From an uncultured Eubacteriaceae bacterium (lineage in GTDB: Bacteria > Bacillota > Clostridia > Eubacteriales > Eubacteriaceae): DNA of 63,434 bases. The notes beneath the pieces were generated by a model. The model was not told the origin of the DNA. It saw nothing but the letters and a program-made list of their open reading frames with translations, and made no database searches. Below are positions 60,732 to 63,434 of this stretch, in pieces. The translations under genes were made by a program, and so were the position numbers. Within the stretch, counting starts at the first letter, position 1. Every line of letters starts with the position of its first letter. Location: positions 1 to 63,434 of the forward strand of contig CANQOZ010000001.1 of NCBI GenBank assembly GCA_947625585.1, read 5' to 3'.

Positions 60732-61426
60732 TCAACAAAGGCTTTAAATAATTTACCATCATCCTCATTATTTTCATATAGGACTTCGGGATGCCATTGA
60801 ACTGCTACACCGAAGTCCAAATCATCTATATCAAAAGCTTCAATTAATCCATCAGGACTGGTTGCAGAAACAGTTAAATTATTACCTAATAATTCAATTC
60901 CCTGATGATGAAAACTATTCACTTTTATCGTATCTCTATTTAAAATTTTATGAAGCTTTGTTCCGGGTTTTAAAATAATCCCATGCATATTCTCCACTTC
61001 AGCTTTATAAGTGTGAGAAATCTTATAACTTGGTAAATCTTGAATGATTGTTCCACCCTGAATAACATTGATGATTTGGAATCCCCTACATATTGCAAGA
61101 ACTGGTTTATTTAAATCACGAACAATTGGATAAAATAACGGTTCAAAGATATCCCGTTCTGGAGCATAACCAGTTGAGTTTGAAAGATCTTCTAATTCTT
61201 GTTTTCCATATAAGCTAGGATTAAGGTCTTGACCCCCTGTAAATAAAAATCCATCAAAAGAGTTAGCCATTTCTTTCATTATGTCAAGATTTTGGGTAAA
61301 AGGTAACATATAACCTATTCCACCCACTCTTTCTATTGAATGTTGATACTGTGGAAACAATCGAACGTGGCGAAATGGGTTAGTAATATCAATTTGAGGA
61401 ACGATTCCTATTTTTGGATATTTCAT
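60704..61426 (-). CDS. class I glutamine amidotransferase-like gamma-glutamyl hydrolase (PuuD / peptidase C26 family)
   Basis: Start placed at MKYPKIGIVPQ (ATG 61426). Motifs AICRGFQIINV, HHQ and QWHPE. Confidence 0.8.
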   Translation of the reverse strand: MKYPKIGIVPQIDITNPFRHVRLFPQYQHSIERVGGIGYMLPFTQNLDIMKEMANSFDGFLFTGGQDLNPSLYGKQELEDLSNSTGYAPERDIFEPLFYPIVRDLNKPVLAICRGFQIINVIQGGTIIQDLPSYKISHTYKAEVENMHGIILKPGTKLHKILNRDTIKVNSFHHQGIELLGNNLTVSATSPDGLIEAFDIDDLDFGVAVQWHPEVLYENNEDDGKLFKAFVDYCKGEFSF

Positions 61427-61452
61427 AATTACCTTTCTAGTTTCGAGGTCAT

Positions 61453-62583
61453 ATGTCAAAAGATAAAGATACTAAATTAACACAAAAAGACTTAGATAAA
61501 CTTCAGGATTTAGAAAATAGACCAACTGCATGTTCCATTGACACCGATATTAATAATAAATTTAAAGTTCCTGAAGTAGAATCCGACCAAAAAAATGGGC
61601 AATTTAACTTTGATAATTTAAAAGATTTAAATCGTCCGGAAGCCTGTAGTATTAATACAGAAGATCATAGTCCGGAAACTTGTAGTATTGACTCTCATTT
61701 TAAAGGTCCAGATAACAATTATACTAATTCAGAAAAAATTGTTAAACCAAATTTAAAAGAAGAAACTGTTGGTGAAGGAATTGATATTCTAGACACTTAT
61801 GGTTATAACGTTCCAGTCTCTGAAGAAGTTCGAGAAGAATTAGTTAAAGCTTTAAACAAGCTTGAAAAGGAATTTCCCGAAGACGAATACACTAATTTAA
61901 AGGAACCATTGATTTCAATTATGAAAAATGGTCCATATATTGTCTATGGTAATGTTCCTATTATTGATGAAGCGATTAAAACGAATCAAATAGGTCAAAG
62001 TGTTGGTTGGAAGGATAAAAAGGATCTAAAAGAACCAAAATATGTAGCTTTATGCCGCTGTGGTCATACAAAAACTCCGCCATTTTGTGACGAAAGCCAT
62101 CTAAAGTTTGATTTTGATGGAACTTGTACAGCTTCAAATAAACCTTATAATGAAGCAGCCAAAATTTACGAAGGCTGTCCTGGTTGCTATTTAATGGACG
62201 AAGAGAGTTTATGTGCTATAGTCAGATTCTGTGATCCAGACGGTTCCTGTTGGAATCTTGTTAAGGATTCACAAACTCTTGATAAAGCCATAGATGAAAC
62301 TTTTAATTGTTGTTCAGGTAGGTTAACTGTAATTAAAGATGGCAAAAAAGTTGAAAAAGAATATGATAAACAGATAATTGCTGTTTTAGATACCGAGCGT
62401 AAGAGATTAGGACCACTTTGGGTTACAGGATATATACCTGTTAAAAGTGAAACAACAGATTATGAAGTAAGAAATCGTGTAACATTATGCCGTTGTGGAC
62501 GATCGTATAACAAGCCGTTTTGTGACGGGATGCATTTAACTTGTCCGGAATTGACCTCTGAGGAGATAAAAGAAAATGAATAA
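61453..62583 (+). CDS. CDGSH iron-sulfur domain protein with two CDGSH motifs, a central Cys-rich module and a novel N-terminal CSI[DN] triple repeat
   Basis: 376 aa. CRCGHTKTPPFCDESH and CRCGRSYNKPFCDGMH motifs. Central GCPGCY...CAIVRFCDPDGSCW...CCSG. N-terminal repeats RPTACSIDT, RPEACSINT and SPETCSIDS. Confidence 0.75.
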   Translation: MSKDKDTKLTQKDLDKLQDLENRPTACSIDTDINNKFKVPEVESDQKNGQFNFDNLKDLNRPEACSINTEDHSPETCSIDSHFKGPDNNYTNSEKIVKPNLKEETVGEGIDILDTYGYNVPVSEEVREELVKALNKLEKEFPEDEYTNLKEPLISIMKNGPYIVYGNVPIIDEAIKTNQIGQSVGWKDKKDLKEPKYVALCRCGHTKTPPFCDESHLKFDFDGTCTASNKPYNEAAKIYEGCPGCYLMDEESLCAIVRFCDPDGSCWNLVKDSQTLDKAIDETFNCCSGRLTVIKDGKKVEKEYDKQIIAVLDTERKRLGPLWVTGYIPVKSETTDYEVRNRVTLCRCGRSYNKPFCDGMHLTCPELTSEEIKENE

Positions 62584-63100
62584 AAGATTAATTTTTATCT
62601 TTTTAATTCTATTAATACCGTTTATAATAAGCGGTTGTACCTCAACTTTTACAAGTAATCCTGAAGCTAATGTTAGCGATGAAACTGTCTTCTCACCTCC
62701 AGAAGAAGATGGTAGCATTGCCGGATCTTGGAAAACTGAAGCAGATACTTTAAAAGAAAATGCTTATTTTTATGGTGATGGTAAGTATGTCACATTTATT
62801 CAGGATCCTGAAGAAGAAACTTGGTGTATAACAGGTTTATGGAAACAAGATGGGGATACATATATAATAAGTGAACAAAAAGCTTATAAATATGATGAAG
62901 CTAATACTTCTTGGCCAGAAGATTCAAATACGACAATTGGTTTAAATAGTTGTAAAATGGAAAATGACGTCTTAAATGGACAATTAACTTTACCAGATGG
63001 AAATGTTGTTGATACTACATTTTCAAGAGGTCAAGAAGATATTGAAATTCCAAACGAAATAGATATAAATACTATTGTTAATGATTTTTTAATGCACTAG
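62576..63100 (+). CDS. small lipoprotein
   Basis: 174 aa. Lipobox FIISGC. GAGGAG SD. Overlaps the upstream stop by 8 nt. Confidence 0.65.
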   Translation: MNKRLIFIFLILLIPFIISGCTSTFTSNPEANVSDETVFSPPEEDGSIAGSWKTEADTLKENAYFYGDGKYVTFIQDPEEETWCITGLWKQDGDTYIISEQKAYKYDEANTSWPEDSNTTIGLNSCKMENDVLNGQLTLPDGNVVDTTFSRGQEDIEIPNEIDINTIVNDFLMH

Positions 63101-63113
63101 GAAAGGAGAAATC

Positions 63114-63320
63114 ATGATAACAAAAGATACTAAAATTATGGAAGTTATTCAAAACTATCCAGAGTCTGTTAATGTTTTTGCAAATCACGGTTTAGGTTGT
63201 GTTGGTTGTATGATCGCTAATTTTGAAACATTAGGTGACGGAGCTGCTGCTCATGGTATCGACATTGATAAACTATTAGTCGATTTAAACAATTTAAAAC
63301 CAGTTGAACCTCAAGAATAA
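63114..63320 (+). CDS. DUF1858-type redox disulfide domain protein (hybrid-cluster-protein-associated type)
   Basis: 68 aa. The MEVIQNYPESVNVFANHGLGCVGCMIANFETLGDGAAAHGID pattern has the CxxC motif. AAGGAG SD. Confidence 0.6.
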   Translation: MITKDTKIMEVIQNYPESVNVFANHGLGCVGCMIANFETLGDGAAAHGIDIDKLLVDLNNLKPVEPQE

Positions 63321-63326
63321 AAAAAT

Positions 63327-63353
63327 ATCCAGGTGGTGAGCCTGGATTTTTTT
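63327..63353 (+). terminator. intrinsic terminator after the DUF1858 gene
   Basis: atccagg-tggtgag-cctggat followed by tttttt. Confidence 0.85.
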
Positions 63354-63434
63354 AATGCATAAAATGAATTTTATTTCTAAAAAATAGCATCTCGAATTGA
63401 GATGTTTAAATACTTATTTTTCTAACTTGTCTTA

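Overview
This is a 63.4 kb, AT-rich chromosomal segment from a low-GC Gram-positive bacterium (Bacillota; the gene order and ChW-repeat proteins suggest a Clostridia- or Erysipelotrichia-like organism). Most of it is housekeeping. The minus strand of 33.9-53.5 kb carries a complete S10-spc-alpha ribosomal supercluster: rpsJ through rplO, then secY-adk-map-KOW-infA-rpmJ-rpsM-rpsK-rpsD-rpoA-rplQ, then ecfA1-ecfA2-ecfT-truA-rplM-rpsI. Upstream of it lie typA, uppP and an apparent proC-tsaB-rimI-tsaD-groES-groEL block. The flanks are more accessory. They hold a LemA/DUF2207 pair, a MATE pump, and two MgtE paralogs bracketing an unknown membrane protein. They also hold a translationally coupled LRR-CobU-SEC-C-amylase-glyoxalase operon and a dipeptidase-OPT transporter pair followed by a PqqD-like plus acidic-protein pair. 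Further elements are two secreted ChW-repeat proteins (one an S8 protease), an OmpR/HK two-component system with a lipoprotein, and a CDGSH/DUF1858 redox cluster. I found no rRNA, tRNA, CRISPR array, transposase, integrase, phage gene or recognisable defence system. The best candidates for undescribed biology are modest. (i) A conserved paired palindromic operator (cre/LacI-like, TGWAAACGTTWACA) occurs in three intergenic regions, upstream of both ChW surface proteins and one MgtE paralog. (ii) A three-member paralog family of 4-TM proteins shares a conserved helical tail. (iii) A PqqD/RRE-like protein is coupled to a small acidic internally repeated protein. (iv) The 3' end of the sensor kinase carries a frameshift. 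(v) The CDGSH protein has an unusual Cys-containing triple repeat at its N-terminus. (vi) Ribosomal protein L24 carries a CxxC...CxxC motif. All functional calls rest on motif recognition by eye; no database searches were run.
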